IMG/VR virus record: IMGVR_UViG_2547132108_000007 | Span: 582-64,581 of that record | DNA: 64,000 nucleotides | Source: a virus | Lineage: Duplodnaviria; Caudoviricetes | Strand: one strand, 5' to 3' | Part shown: one piece after another, positions 25,881 through 36,638 of the stretch | Layout of the letters: each line of letters opens with the position of its first letter | How positions within the stretch are numbered: the first letter of the stretch is position 1 | The notes under the pieces: model-generated | The model's input: the letters and a program-made list of their open reading frames with translations, nothing else | Told to the model about the DNA's origin: nothing | Databases searched by the model: none | Made by a program: the position numbers and the translations under genes

Positions 25881-26400
25881 GACGTCAACTAAAACGCCAA
25901 TTCAACGTTACTGCGCGTGGGATATCTCGCTCAACCCCGGTGTCGCCGTTATCGACGTCCGAAACCGCCGGCCAACGCTCATAACCGCGCAGGCTATCCA
26001 GACGACAACGGACCATACGGACGCGCAGCGCTACGACTATATCGAAGCGTTCGCGGTTCGAATCGCCCACGAATACGGTCCGTTCGCGGCGATTGTTCGC
26101 GAGGACTTTACGGACGGCCGGAGCCAACGCGCTCGCCAAACGGTATTCGGCGCATGGGCGGCGATTGACAAGGGACTCGGGCGCTATGGCTACGTCGTGG
26201 ACCCGGTTCGGATCACGCCAACGACCGTTAAGAAAACGGTGGGTGGCGACGGCAAGGCGGACAAAGCGGCGGTGGCGGCCGGTGTGCGGCGTCTCTTACG
26301 GCTGCCGGACGGCTATACGTTCGCGAGTGGGTATGACGATAGCGACGCGGCCGCCGTGTGCCTGACGTACTTGATTACGCAGGACTTGATCGATACATGA
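25867..26400 (+). CDS. ruvC: RuvC-like Holliday junction resolvase, ATA start (mostly missed by the ORF track)
   Basis: [46 protein letters not shown]; in-frame TGA at 25858 so no canonical start is possible. Confidence 0.85.
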   Translation: MASTKTSTKTPIQRYCAWDISLNPGVAVIDVRNRRPTLITAQAIQTTTDHTDAQRYDYIEAFAVRIAHEYGPFAAIVREDFTDGRSQRARQTVFGAWAAIDKGLGRYGYVVDPVRITPTTVKKTVGGDGKADKAAVAAGVRRLLRLPDGYTFASGYDDSDAAAVCLTYLITQDLIDT

Positions 26401-28946
26401 CGTCTACCGCCGACGATTTCTACCGGAAACTGGCCGCCATGGAACGCGTCCGGCTCGCGGAAATCGAATACGCCATAGAGCGCCGGACGGGCGAGCTTTC
26501 CGCGCTGTACGAACGTTGTGACGAAATTGTACGGTCGTTGACGGAATTGGACGAGAAAATAACCAACGGAGGGATGACGCCTATTAATACGGAAAATAGA
26601 CGGTTGCTGACGGACGACTTTGTAGCGCAATATCCGGATTTTCCGCCGGAAATGAACGAGCTTGGAACGTTTGTCTACTACCGGACATATTCACGCTGGC
26701 TTCCGGCGCTCGGCCGACGCGAAACATGGCGGGAAACGGTCCGCAGGGCTGCGGAATATAACGTTCAGCTTGGCGTCAAGCATACGGAGAAGATCGGTTA
26801 TCCGGTTGATCACGAGTGGCACCGTCGGGAGGCGGAATTGCTCTTCGATAATATGTTCCACTTGCGCCAGTTTTTAAGCGGCAGGACGTTATGGGTGGGC
26901 GGCGCTGAGAACGGCGTAGCGGAGAAATATCCACTGGCGAATTTTAACTGTTCATTCGTAAAGATCCGTTCATGGGCGGACATCGGCGATCTTTTCTATC
27001 TGTTGCTTGTCGGCACAGGCGTCGGATTTCGCTGCACGAAGGAAGACGCCGCTAACCTCGCGCCAATCCGGACGAACACGACGTTACTACATTCCGATTA
27101 CGTCCCGGTACCGAAGGCCGCACGCTATGAATCAACGGTCCTGCGCGATATGGGGAACGGGTACGCGAAAATTTACGTAGGAGACTCGAAAGAAGGCTGG
27201 GTCGACAGCCTGCGCCAATATATCGCGATCCTAACGGAGCCGGCGTACGAACATATTCACACCGTTAAAATTTCGTACAACAGCGTCCGGCCGCAGGGCG
27301 AGCGTCTTAACACGTTCGGCGGCACCGCGTCGGGTCCGGAACCTCTCCGTGAAATGTTCGCTGGGATCGACCGCGTTTTGAAAAACGAGATTGATCCGTC
27401 GTTAGAACCGCTTGAATCCGCCGGCGCTCCGTGTGACAACGGAGATTACGCACATGTTCGCCCGATCCACGTTCTTGATATCGGCAACCTTATCGGCGCT
27501 AACGTTGTGGTCGGCGGGGTTCGACGGACAGCGGAAATTTTTCTCATGGACGCGGACGATTACGAGTGCATTTTCGCCAAATACGGAATTAACGGGCTAT
27601 GGACGGAAGAGGCGTTCCAGCGTCACGAACGGATTCGGACGCAGCTTGAGGCGCAGGGCATCGGCGTGCCGGCGTGGTTCGACGAAATAGGCCAGCGCAA
27701 CTATAGCGTGTGGGTCGACGGGCAAGGGTACGTGTTCCCGAACGTTGAAGAGGCGCAGGCCTTTGCGGCCAAAAACGGCGTGTCCGACTGGGAGCCGGTA
27801 CCATTCAACGCAGGGCGGCCGCTGCACCACCGGCGGCTATCGAACAATTCGATCGCGTTTGAGACGAAGCCGGACCGCGCGTTCCTGGCGCTCATATTCG
27901 AAATGATGCAGGCTGAGGGCGAGCCAGGATTTGTCAATCTCGAAGAAGCACGTAGACGGCGGCCAAATGCGGAAGGACTTAACCCATGTGCCGAAATACT
28001 CCTCGATTCGTACGGTGTCTGCAACTTGACGACGGTAAATATGACGGCGTTCGTACGTGACGGTGAATTTGATGTACGCGGTTTGATCGAAGCGCAGCGA
28101 CTTTCCACCCGTTGCGGTCTGCGCATGACTCTCGCTGACCTCGAACTTCCGCACTGGAACGCGGTACAGCAACGCGATAGGCTCCTCGGTACGTCGCTGA
28201 CTGGCGTTAAAGATGCGTTCGCAGCAGTTGGATACTCTGCCGCAAAAGAATCGGGATTCCTTGGCACGTTAGGCGAAACTGCCCGCGAAGAAGCGGACGC
28301 CTACGCCAAGAAACTCCGCGTTAGCGCGCCTCTTCTCGTCACGACGGTCAAACCGGAAGGTACGATATCGCAGGTCGCCGGCGGCGTTTCGTCCGGTCTC
28401 CACTGGTCGCACGCACCGTACTATATCCGCCGTATCCGTATTAACGCAGCCGATCCGCTTGCCCGCGCGGTTATCGACCTTGACTGGACGGTCAATCCCG
28501 AAGTTGGGACGCCGGGCGAGACGTATGAGGAACGCATGGCTAACGCGCGCACCTATGTCATCGACTTCCCGGTCGCATACGGTGCTAGAGAGACGAAGGA
28601 AGACGTTTCAGCAGCGCGCCAGCTCGGCACATACTTCGCGTTCCAGCGTTATTATACGGAACACAACTCGTCCAATACGATCACAGTCCGGCCAGAAGAA
28701 TGGGCGGAAGTCGAGCGGGTCATTTACGAACGCTGGGACGAATTCACGGCGGTATCGTTCCTCGCGCTGGACGGCGGCACGTACGAACTGGCACCGTATG
28801 AAACGTGCAGCCAGGCGGAGTACGAGCGGTTGAAAGCGTCGATGCGGCCGTTTGACCCAGCGCTATTACAGCGATATGAAACGACGGGCGAGAGCGACTT
28901 AGACGGTGCGGACGGCTGCGAGGGCGGCATATGCCCCATACGTTAA
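26397..28946 (+). CDS. nrdJ: Class II (B12-dependent) ribonucleotide reductase with N-terminal coiled-coil extension
   Basis: [44 protein letters not shown]-terminal CEGGICP. Confidence 0.92.
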   Translation: MTSTADDFYRKLAAMERVRLAEIEYAIERRTGELSALYERCDEIVRSLTELDEKITNGGMTPINTENRRLLTDDFVAQYPDFPPEMNELGTFVYYRTYSRWLPALGRRETWRETVRRAAEYNVQLGVKHTEKIGYPVDHEWHRREAELLFDNMFHLRQFLSGRTLWVGGAENGVAEKYPLANFNCSFVKIRSWADIGDLFYLLLVGTGVGFRCTKEDAANLAPIRTNTTLLHSDYVPVPKAARYESTVLRDMGNGYAKIYVGDSKEGWVDSLRQYIAILTEPAYEHIHTVKISYNSVRPQGERLNTFGGTASGPEPLREMFAGIDRVLKNEIDPSLEPLESAGAPCDNGDYAHVRPIHVLDIGNLIGANVVVGGVRRTAEIFLMDADDYECIFAKYGINGLWTEEAFQRHERIRTQLEAQGIGVPAWFDEIGQRNYSVWVDGQGYVFPNVEEAQAFAAKNGVSDWEPVPFNAGRPLHHRRLSNNSIAFETKPDRAFLALIFEMMQAEGEPGFVNLEEARRRRPNAEGLNPCAEILLDSYGVCNLTTVNMTAFVRDGEFDVRGLIEAQRLSTRCGLRMTLADLELPHWNAVQQRDRLLGTSLTGVKDAFAAVGYSAAKESGFLGTLGETAREEADAYAKKLRVSAPLLVTTVKPEGTISQVAGGVSSGLHWSHAPYYIRRIRINAADPLARAVIDLDWTVNPEVGTPGETYEERMANARTYVIDFPVAYGARETKEDVSAARQLGTYFAFQRYYTEHNSSNTITVRPEEWAEVERVIYERWDEFTAVSFLALDGGTYELAPYETCSQAEYERLKASMRPFDPALLQRYETTGESDLDGADGCEGGICPIR

Positions 28947-29060
28947 ACCGACTCGTATACATCCGGCGGCTCCGCAAGCACGCATTATTACGGCTTCACG
29001 CGGAGCTTGATGACGGGACGGCAACGGTATTTGAACGGAAACTGACGAGGAGGCGGTAAA

Positions 29061-29378
29061 GTGGACGTGTTAAATACGTATGGCGGCGTGGTAGAACCCG
29101 GAAACATTGCGGCCGGCATACTGTTCGCGATTATGGCGGCCGGGCTCCTAGTGCTCGCTTACCTAGAGTTGGCAAAGGCGTACCAAGGCAGTGCAGTCGT
29201 AAGCATCGCGCTTGCCGTGTTATATGCGGTCCTTTACGTATGGGCTATAACGGACAAATCACCGATCCGCTACGAAGTCACCTTGCGCGAGGGCGCCGTT
29301 ATTGACGCGACAAAGTACGAAGTCGTTGAGCGGCGCGGGAAAATTTACGTCATTCAAGAACGGAGGTCTACGGAATGA
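29061..29378 (+). CDS. Membrane protein
   Basis: Two TM segments plus soluble tail. Confidence 0.6.
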   Translation: MDVLNTYGGVVEPGNIAAGILFAIMAAGLLVLAYLELAKAYQGSAVVSIALAVLYAVLYVWAITDKSPIRYEVTLREGAVIDATKYEVVERRGKIYVIQERRSTE

Positions 29379-29488
29379 GCGAATTTCTAGCGAGTATCGA
29401 CGCGACATCGTTCGTAATCGGCGTGATAGCCGGCGTCATTTTCGGTCTGGGCGGCCTGGCGTTGACGTCGCTGCTTAACGATAACTAA
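29375..29488 (+). CDS. 37-aa single-TM microprotein
   Basis: ATGA overlap, GGAGG RBS. Confidence 0.5.
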   Translation: MSEFLASIDATSFVIGVIAGVIFGLGGLALTSLLNDN

Positions 29489-29506
29489 ACGGGAGTGTGA
29501 CGTAAA

Positions 29507-29611
29507 ATGGATATTTCTGACGAAATCGCGATAAGGGCTTACGCAATCATCATCGGAATTTTATGCGCAGTATTCGCGCTCGGCTTCGTGTGTGGCGCGC
29601 TATTATTTTAA
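29507..29611 (+). CDS. 34-aa single-TM microprotein
   Basis: GGGAG RBS, hydrophobic. Confidence 0.5.
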   Translation: MDISDEIAIRAYAIIIGILCAVFALGFVCGALLF

Positions 29612-29629
29612 CGCAGGAGGCGGTGTGGT

Positions 29630-29905
29630 ATGGATAACAGTGGCGCTAAGATAATCGCAAAGTGTACGAGCGAACGATGGGGTTACCGCAAGGGCGACGT
29701 GTTGGAGGTCGAACAACGCGACCTGCACGAATATGTGGCCGCGCGAAATTTAACTGTACCAGGACGTTACGGCCGCGATACCGCAATACTAGCGCCGGAT
29801 GAGTTCAAGTACGCTAAGGACGCGTTAACGCTGACCGCCGAGTACCGCTTGTTCGGCGTGCCGATCCTGCGCAAATACACGAAGGAGGCGACCTGCTATG
29901 AGTGA
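29630..29905 (+). CDS. Hypothetical protein (SH3-like)
   Basis: GGAGG RBS. Confidence 0.55.
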   Translation: MDNSGAKIIAKCTSERWGYRKGDVLEVEQRDLHEYVAARNLTVPGRYGRDTAILAPDEFKYAKDALTLTAEYRLFGVPILRKYTKEATCYE

Positions 29906-30182
29906 CGCGATTGAACTCGTAAGTCCAACGTATGTTATAACGGCAGTCAAACGGAAGACCCGCGCTAGGATATTCGAGGATTGGCGCGTGGGTGATGAGA
30001 TCCGATTCAGTACGGAAATGGTCCCGAAAGCTGGCGCATCCGGCGGCGGCGTTTACGCATCGTACTTTGCTGCGGAAAACCTGACGCAAGGAACGGCGGT
30101 ATACAAATCGCAGACGGAAATGGCCGGTATGTTTTCGGACTGGCGCGGTGTTTTCGAAATAAAACCAAGGAGGCGTCCGTAA
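29898..30182 (+). CDS. Hypothetical protein
   Basis: GGAGG RBS. Confidence 0.55.
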   Translation: MSDAIELVSPTYVITAVKRKTRARIFEDWRVGDEIRFSTEMVPKAGASGGGVYASYFAAENLTQGTAVYKSQTEMAGMFSDWRGVFEIKPRRRP

Positions 30183-30183
30183 A

Positions 30184-30900
30184 TTGAACGCATATAAATG
30201 TCCGAACTGTAACGCAGAAAGCAGCGCTTACGAATGGAACCGCGCGACATTGGATTTTTACGGCGACGATATTTTCATGGTAGAAGACCCGAAGCGAGCG
30301 GACGCTAACTACCGCTGTCCTGCGTGTGGCGTCGATGTTGACGGCGTAGCCATTACGGAAGTTCCGGCGTTTCTGGCCCGTTCTCTCAGCGTCAAAATTC
30401 GCAAGCTCCATCCGGACGCATCCGTACCTACTTACGCCACAACCGGCGCCGCTGCCTTCGATCTTGTTGCGGTCGAGGACGTTGTTATCGCGCCCGGCGA
30501 GACCGCAAAAATACCGCTCGGCCTTGCGTTTGAAATTCCGCCCGGCTACGTCATGTACGTCTGCATGCGGTCGGGAATCGCGTTGAAAACGAAACTACGG
30601 CAGCCGAACGGGATTGGCGTTATTGATTCGGACTACCGCGGGGAAGTCGCGATGTTGTTCGAGAACACCGCGCAGAAGGGCACCGATGCGGCGTGGATCG
30701 CGGTTCTAGACGGAACGGTACAACGTACTGTCGGCGAGTACCCGTTGGGAACGATTATTATCCGCAAAGGTGACCGCGTCGCCCAAGCGCTGGTCCAGCC
30801 GGTCCCGCACGTTGAATTTACGGTCGTTGACGAATTGAGAGAGACTGACCGGGGCACGGGCGGCTTCGGCAGTACCGGTACGAAAGTAACCGAAAACTAA
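30184..30900 (+). CDS. dut: Trimeric dUTPase with N-terminal zinc-ribbon fusion
   Basis: GAAAFDL, RSG, GVIDSDYRGEV, GDRVAQ, RGTGGFGSTG; N-terminal CPNC...CPAC. Confidence 0.9.
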   Translation: MNAYKCPNCNAESSAYEWNRATLDFYGDDIFMVEDPKRADANYRCPACGVDVDGVAITEVPAFLARSLSVKIRKLHPDASVPTYATTGAAAFDLVAVEDVVIAPGETAKIPLGLAFEIPPGYVMYVCMRSGIALKTKLRQPNGIGVIDSDYRGEVAMLFENTAQKGTDAAWIAVLDGTVQRTVGEYPLGTIIIRKGDRVAQALVQPVPHVEFTVVDELRETDRGTGGFGSTGTKVTEN

Positions 30901-30920
30901 ACGTTAAGGGAGCGGATCAT

Positions 30921-32197
30921 ATGAACGGACAAACGACGAACGTAACCGTACTGAAAGACGAAGCACTCGGCGGCATCGAACGGGAATATCGCGAAGTCAA
31001 GCGGAAGGCGGCGGTTGGTGAGTACGTTAAAATGTCAGCGTACTATGTCCACGGATACGAAGGCGAAATACAGTGCGTATGCCGCGAAGATAATGGCATT
31101 ATTCACTTCGAAGGCCGGCCGTTCAATGGCGAGGGAACTCCGTACATTCCGGATTGGAGCGGTGGGAACCCGGCCTACGTCGTCCTCGAACCGTCCGATA
31201 TCGTACACGTTAACGGCCGCCGCTATCGTATGGTTGAGCGTAAGGCTGCGGAGGGTGACCGTATCCTTATCACAAAACCTAACGGCCCGCATTTTACATG
31301 CGGTAAGGTCTACCTTGTTCGTGACGTGGAGTCTGGAAGACCGCGCGTAGCAGCCGATGACGACGGTGATAGAACGGTCATCTACGAGACGAAGTATAGC
31401 GTCCTCGTCCCGGTCGGCGACGCTGTTCCTTACGACGCTCCGCGCGCTAATCTCGAACGGGCGACAACGTATCTTCCCGTTGACTCCACGCCGACCGACC
31501 CCGCCGTACAGAACGTCACTGACGAGCTAACCGCGCTCGTGTCGAATTTGTCCGTGCGGCTGGCGGCTGTTGAACGGGAAGTCACGGCATTACGTCAGAC
31601 TAACGAGCCAGCACCGCAACCTTTTGCGGACGTGGCGGAGGCGGTACGGTAGCCAACGCATTTCGCGGAGCCCTCCGTAAACCTCCGACGCGTGACGACG
31701 TAGTCGAACGGGCGAAGGCGGACGTGGCGGAGTTGCTACGGACTCCTCGCGACGTTTACGGAGAGCACCCCCATTTCTGGCCGAAGGCGGATGGGGAGAG
31801 AACGCCATGGACTCCGTTGCAGCGTGTGGATTTCGTCATCAATCACGAGAAACGGACGGTCGTCGCGTTGATTCGGTATCTGACGGAATATGACGGCAAC
31901 TTGTTCGCGCGCGGCATCACCAAATGTGCGCCGGGCGACGTGTTCAATTCGCATATCGGACGTGCGATTGCGTTGAGGCGTGCGCTAGGGCTGGCGGTGC
32001 CAGACGTATATTTGAACGCGCCGCAGCCGACAGAAGTTCACGTCGGGGATCTGATTCGTAACTGGTCGGGTCGTTCATTTCCCGTAAGGGCCGATCGCTC
32101 TTACGCTGACGGATTGCCGCTTAGTTACGTGATCCGCTGCGGTTACCCAGTTATTGATGACTCGCGTGAGGACAGCGGAGAGGAGGCGGCAGCTTGA
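30921..32197 (+). pseudogene. SH3-repeat protein split by a 5-bp duplication (ORFs 30921-31652 and 31724-32197)
   Basis: Removing one CGGTA at 31642-31651 fuses both ORFs through AVANAFRGALRKPPTRDDVVERAKADVAEL. Confidence 0.7.
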
Positions 32198-32237
32198 TCG
32201 CTGTCCTGTACGAAATCGAAACGGGGGTGCCCGCGGA

Positions 32238-32993
32238 ATGAACGGTCTTATTATACCGCGGTATCCGTGCGACTATTGCGGAGAATACGCGTCCTCGCCG
32301 TACACGTTCCGGCATGATGGCGTTTGGTATTACGGGCATAAGCGCTGTATGGGCGCGCCGATGAGACGAAAATTAACGGAGGGATTGCGTGTGGAAAAGT
32401 CGCCACCTAACATCGCCCTATGCGGTAAATTACGCGCTGGCAAGGACGCAGCCGCCGAATACCTCGCCCACCAATACGGCTACACGCGCTTTGCGTTCGG
32501 AGACGAGCTTAAGCGCTACGCAAACGAGCTGTTCGACGTTCCGCCCAGCGTTAAGGACCGCGAGCTATATCAATGGTTCGGGCAAACAGTGCGCCAACGT
32601 GATCCTGACGTGTGGGTGCGGAAATGTTTTGAAGAAATTACGATGCTACGTGAGGTTAAACGGAAGACCGACGCATATAGACGTCAAAAAGGGTTCCCAA
32701 CGAGTCCATTTCGCACCGTCATAACCGACCTCCGCCAGCCGAACGAATATGACCGTTGCCGGGCGGAAGGTTACGTTATCATCCGCGTAACCGCGCCGGA
32801 CGGCGTAAGAGTCCAGCGCGCCATAGACGCGGGCGACGCGTTCACGGCCGCCGACCTTGCGCACGAAACGGAGTCGCACGTAAGTACTTTCGCGGTTGAC
32901 TACGAAATTGAGAACGGCGGGGCGCTTGCGGACTTGCACGCGCAAATTGACGCGATTATGGAGGCGATAAGATGCGGAGAGAGTACGTACTAA
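32238..32993 (+). CDS. Deoxynucleoside monophosphate kinase-like protein with in-frame N-terminal Cys/His domain
   Basis: IALCGKLRAGKD, FAFGDELK, VITDLRQPNE, HETES; internal GGAGG RBS before GTG 32391. Confidence 0.8.
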   Translation: MNGLIIPRYPCDYCGEYASSPYTFRHDGVWYYGHKRCMGAPMRRKLTEGLRVEKSPPNIALCGKLRAGKDAAAEYLAHQYGYTRFAFGDELKRYANELFDVPPSVKDRELYQWFGQTVRQRDPDVWVRKCFEEITMLREVKRKTDAYRRQKGFPTSPFRTVITDLRQPNEYDRCRAEGYVIIRVTAPDGVRVQRAIDAGDAFTAADLAHETESHVSTFAVDYEIENGGALADLHAQIDAIMEAIRCGESTY

Positions 32994-33178
32994 AACGAGA
33001 TGACGGCGCCTATTTCTGGGGCCACTGGAGAGGCCGCGCAAATACGACGGACGATATTTACGCGACGCCGCGATATGCCGAACGTGGCGCGAAATCGGCC
33101 CGCGGTTGGCTGAACGATAAGGAACGTTGGTCGATCGTTCCAGTATACGTGACTGTAACGGAGGTGGCCGCCGAGTGA
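32972..33178 (+). CDS. Hypothetical protein
   Basis: GGAGG RBS. Confidence 0.5.
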   Translation: MRREYVLKRDDGAYFWGHWRGRANTTDDIYATPRYAERGAKSARGWLNDKERWSIVPVYVTVTEVAAE

Positions 33179-33363
33179 GCGAAGCAACAACCGAAATTAA
33201 ATACGAATTATCCCGCGCTGAGGCGTACAAGGCCGGGTGGCGCGCCGGGTACTATTACGGCAGACTTGCGCAATTGAACGGCGAGCCGTACGATGAGCGG
33301 ACGTTAGTGGAACGGGCGGAAACGGCTACAGAAACGGACGATGGCGCTATTTCGACGGATTAG
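33175..33363 (+). CDS. Hypothetical protein
   Basis: GTGA overlap, GGAGGTG RBS. Confidence 0.5.
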   Translation: MSEATTEIKYELSRAEAYKAGWRAGYYYGRLAQLNGEPYDERTLVERAETATETDDGAISTD

Positions 33364-33418
33364 CGCGGCCTCATGCTTTCGCGATTTAACGCGACGCAAT
33401 ACGAAAGGAGGCGCCTAT

Positions 33419-34918
33419 TTGATCGGCAGCTTGTCAAACCACGACCGATATCCGCAACGTAAACTTGGCGGTCGCCGTGAGGAACGTTATCCGACGAGTT
33501 GGGACGCGCCAGCTCCCACGCTATGTGTCGGCGGTGAGTCAACGGCTGGGAGACGCTCGGGCGGCGCGTCGTCGCCGATTCATCCGGCATTTTACGAAGG
33601 GAGCGCGGGAGATACGGAAAATCACGTAAACTATCCGCTCACACAAGCGCAGTATGAGCACTCACGATCGCACCAAATCGGGTATAACGATAGCTACGAT
33701 AAGCCAGCGCGAATAGTGCGAGCGAAGGCCGAAAATATCCTCGATGTTAGTGAGCGAAAGGGGACGGTATCCATACGTAATTACAACGTTACTCCGCAAT
33801 TGCCACCGAACAGCCTAACGGTCGCTGAACTGTTCTGCGGCGGCGGCCTTATGGCGGTCGGGCTCAAAGCGGCTGGCTTTACGCTAACCTGGGCGAACGA
33901 CTTCGACAAGCAAGCGGTAAAGGCGTACGCGGCGAACATCGGCCCGCACGTAGTCCACGGCGACATTACGGACCCGGCCGTTCAAGATACGCTACCTTAC
34001 GCTGACATTTACGCAGGTGGGCCGCCGTGTCAAGACTATTCCGTTGCGGGCTCTGGCGCGGGCGAAGCTGGGGAACGTGGCCGCCTCGTATGGACGTACC
34101 TTTCGATAATCGAACGGAAGCAGCCGAAAGCGTTCGTATTCGAAAACGTAAAGGGCCTCGTAAGTAAACGTCATAGGCTGACCTTTGACGCTCTGCTCAA
34201 ACGTTTTGACGAGATCGGATATAACGTAAGCTGGCGGCTAATTAACGCGTGGGATTACGGCGTGGCACAGAAAAGGGAGCGCGTATTCATCGTTGGAGTC
34301 CGGAAGGATCTCGGCTTTGCGTTCACGTTTCCGGAACCGGACCCGGCGCTGTACCGGACGCAGGTGTTGCGGGATGTGATCGGTGATTTACCGGAGCCGG
34401 GCGTTAAGTTGAGTGATAAGGCTATCGGCTACCTTACGCGTGATCCGCGCCATTTACAGAAACACCGTCCGCCGACGCTCGAGGAGGCGAGCCCGACGCT
34501 CTCGGCCGTTTTACACAAGGGCGTGCCGTACGGTTTGTTCTATCTGGATAATCACGAGCGGAAGGACATTAGCGACAAGGCGCTCGATGGATACGCGAGG
34601 CGCTACGGTGGCGAGGAGGTTGGTGGGTTCGGCTTCCGCATTAACGAATGGGCCGAACCGTCGCCGACGATTTTCGGGCGTATTTTTAACGAAGGGAAGG
34701 CGTTTGTACATCCAGAAACAAAGCCGCAGCCCCGCCGTTTCACCGTCCGCGAATGTCTCCGTATCCAGTCCGTACCGGACTCTTACGTCCTGCCCGCGGA
34801 CATCTCGTTATCAGCACAATATCGCATCGTCGGCAACGGAGTCGCGTCGCGCGTCTCTTATGTGCTCGGAGTCGCGCTCGCCGAACAATTACGTCAACAA
34901 TCGGAGGTGGCCGCCTGA
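33419..34918 (+). CDS. Orphan C5-cytosine DNA methyltransferase with long N-terminal extension
   Basis: ELFCGGG (I), GGPPCQ (IV), FENVKG (VI), QKRERVF (VIII), RECLRIQ (IX), VGNGV (X); AAGGAGG RBS at TTG 33419; no cognate REase nearby. Confidence 0.92.
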   Translation: MIGSLSNHDRYPQRKLGGRREERYPTSWDAPAPTLCVGGESTAGRRSGGASSPIHPAFYEGSAGDTENHVNYPLTQAQYEHSRSHQIGYNDSYDKPARIVRAKAENILDVSERKGTVSIRNYNVTPQLPPNSLTVAELFCGGGLMAVGLKAAGFTLTWANDFDKQAVKAYAANIGPHVVHGDITDPAVQDTLPYADIYAGGPPCQDYSVAGSGAGEAGERGRLVWTYLSIIERKQPKAFVFENVKGLVSKRHRLTFDALLKRFDEIGYNVSWRLINAWDYGVAQKRERVFIVGVRKDLGFAFTFPEPDPALYRTQVLRDVIGDLPEPGVKLSDKAIGYLTRDPRHLQKHRPPTLEEASPTLSAVLHKGVPYGLFYLDNHERKDISDKALDGYARRYGGEEVGGFGFRINEWAEPSPTIFGRIFNEGKAFVHPETKPQPRRFTVRECLRIQSVPDSYVLPADISLSAQYRIVGNGVASRVSYVLGVALAEQLRQQSEVAA

Positions 34919-35370
34919 TGGGCGCTGTTAAAACGGACATTCACGCGAAAGAACGCACCTATACACAAACCTACGCTCTAACTACGGCAGCCGGCGTCAA
35001 GGCGCTACTACGCGACAGGCACCGGATTTCTGCGCGGCGAGAACGCGGTGATTACGCGGCTTCAGACATTCTCATCGACTTGCACTCCGCCATTGAATCC
35101 GCAACTCTCACGGACCGCCAAGCGGAAGCAATCGCGTGGGTATACGGAGTTGACGTTACGCAGGCGGAGGCCGCACGGATTATGGGGGTGTCTCAGCCCA
35201 CGGTAAATCAAGCGTTGGACGCGGCGGCTGAACGTATTGCAGCGGTGTATGAGCGGTGGAATTACGGTGCCCTTACCGTCGAAGTGGACGGTCCGGTCAC
35301 TGAGGCGCCGGTTACGGTGGAAGTCGCGGCAGACAACGGAGACAATGACGAAAGGACTGACGCCAATTGA
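34918..35370 (+). CDS. Sigma70 region-4-like HTH protein
   Basis: LTDRQAEAIAWVY...TQAEAARIMGVSQPTVNQAL. Confidence 0.75.
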   Translation: MGAVKTDIHAKERTYTQTYALTTAAGVKALLRDRHRISARRERGDYAASDILIDLHSAIESATLTDRQAEAIAWVYGVDVTQAEAARIMGVSQPTVNQALDAAAERIAAVYERWNYGALTVEVDGPVTEAPVTVEVAADNGDNDERTDAN

Positions 35371-36017
35371 CGAACTACCACGATAAGTTTGCGCAAATTA
35401 CCGCTGAAATCGCGGACGCAACGAAGGACGGGCGTGCTTATACGTACGAAGGCCGCGTCTACTATACGGCTGACCGCGCCGCCCGTATCGCGCTTGTGAG
35501 CGCCGTGTCAGCGGATTACAACCGGGCACACGCGGAATTCAACCAACGCGCGCTCGAACGGTGGGTAAGCGGTGGCTGCCGGGGCGAGCGACCGTCCCCG
35601 GTTAGTGTAGACACGGCGTTGCTCGGGCGGCTGGCGGACGCGATCTTGTACGAAGAATTGACGGATACTTACCGCGACAAAACAAACGTAGAGTACCCGT
35701 TCTTGAGCGAGCGGCAATTCGCCCGGCGTTATAACGGTGAGACAGCCGTAAAGGCGGCGGAAGAGTACGGAACCGACGGGCGTAATTACGCGCTACCTAA
35801 GCGGAGGAAACGGAGGGAGCACGAGCACGGTTACGTTGATCGCTACGCCCGGTCACGCAACAAAGCCCGCGCCGCTCAATATCGTAAGGATACGGCGGCC
35901 GGGCGGGTGGTGACGTACAATCTGCGTGACACAGGCGGGGCGCTTGCGGAGGAGTTTACCGCGTGTCAGGGCGTGGGCGAGTGGTGGAAGGACGGACTAT
36001 CAAGCGTCTACGTGTGA
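35367..36017 (+). CDS. Conserved phage hypothetical protein
   Basis: LADAILYEELTD...EYPFLSERQ..RR motif; coupled to previous gene. Confidence 0.6.
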   Translation: MTNYHDKFAQITAEIADATKDGRAYTYEGRVYYTADRAARIALVSAVSADYNRAHAEFNQRALERWVSGGCRGERPSPVSVDTALLGRLADAILYEELTDTYRDKTNVEYPFLSERQFARRYNGETAVKAAEEYGTDGRNYALPKRRKRREHEHGYVDRYARSRNKARAAQYRKDTAAGRVVTYNLRDTGGALAEEFTACQGVGEWWKDGLSSVYV

Positions 36018-36037
36018 GAACGAAAAGAGGGCGCCTG

Positions 36038-36250
36038 TTACGGCGTCCTCCGTTTTAGTACGTATAAGTCCCGGTCGTGCTCGCCGAGCTTTTGCGCGAT
36101 GTAATCGAGTTGTGACTGTAATTCCCCGAAAGTACCCTTCGTTTCACCTTCGAACCTAGCGAGGCGGACGTCCATAGCGTCGAGCTTTGCGTGTACGTGC
36201 GCCAAACTTTCGAGTACTGCGCGTAGCATTTGGTTTGTCTCGTTTTCCAT
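36038..36250 (-). CDS. Small coiled-coil protein
   Basis: Heptad pattern; GAAAGG RBS. Confidence 0.55.
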   Translation of the reverse strand: MENETNQMLRAVLESLAHVHAKLDAMDVRLARFEGETKGTFGELQSQLDYIAQKLGEHDRDLYVLKRRTP

Positions 36251-36327
36251 TTCTAACGACAACCTTTCGTGTAAAATTATCCTACGAGACTATTATACGA
36301 TATCGTATATTGAATATCAAGCGTTAA

Positions 36328-36543
36328 TTAAGCGTTGTTTTCAACGATGAACAATTCCTCTACGCCAACGCCAAGCGCGCGGGCGATCGCGAACATGTGC
36401 GCGTCAACATGACGGTCGTTACGGTCGAATCGCGAAATCGAACCTTGCGGCACGCCGGACATCGCCGCTAGTTGCATTTGTGTGATGCCGCGCTCTTTCA
36501 ATATCGCCATAAGCCGAGGCGTTACTTTTATTATATCGGACAT
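36328..36543 (-). CDS. XRE-family HTH regulator
   Basis: LKERGITQMQLAAMSGVPQGSISRF...IARALGVGVEELF. Confidence 0.85.
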   Translation of the reverse strand: MSDIIKVTPRLMAILKERGITQMQLAAMSGVPQGSISRFDRNDRHVDAHMFAIARALGVGVEELFIVENNA

Positions 36544-36609
36544 TCTACGTTTCCTCCATAAGAGAATATACGGAAAGTATACGATATCGAATAATTTTGC
36601 GCAATGGGG

Positions 36610-36638
36610 TTGACATACGATATGCGATAACGTATATT
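36610..36638 (+). promoter_or_regulatory. SigA promoter divergent from the XRE gene
   Basis: TTGACA-17 nt-TATATT. Confidence 0.75.

Noticed and set aside
26397-28946. Intein or intron in nrdJ
   Set aside because: No C/S...HN splice motifs or LAGLIDADG blocks; frame continuous and length ordinary
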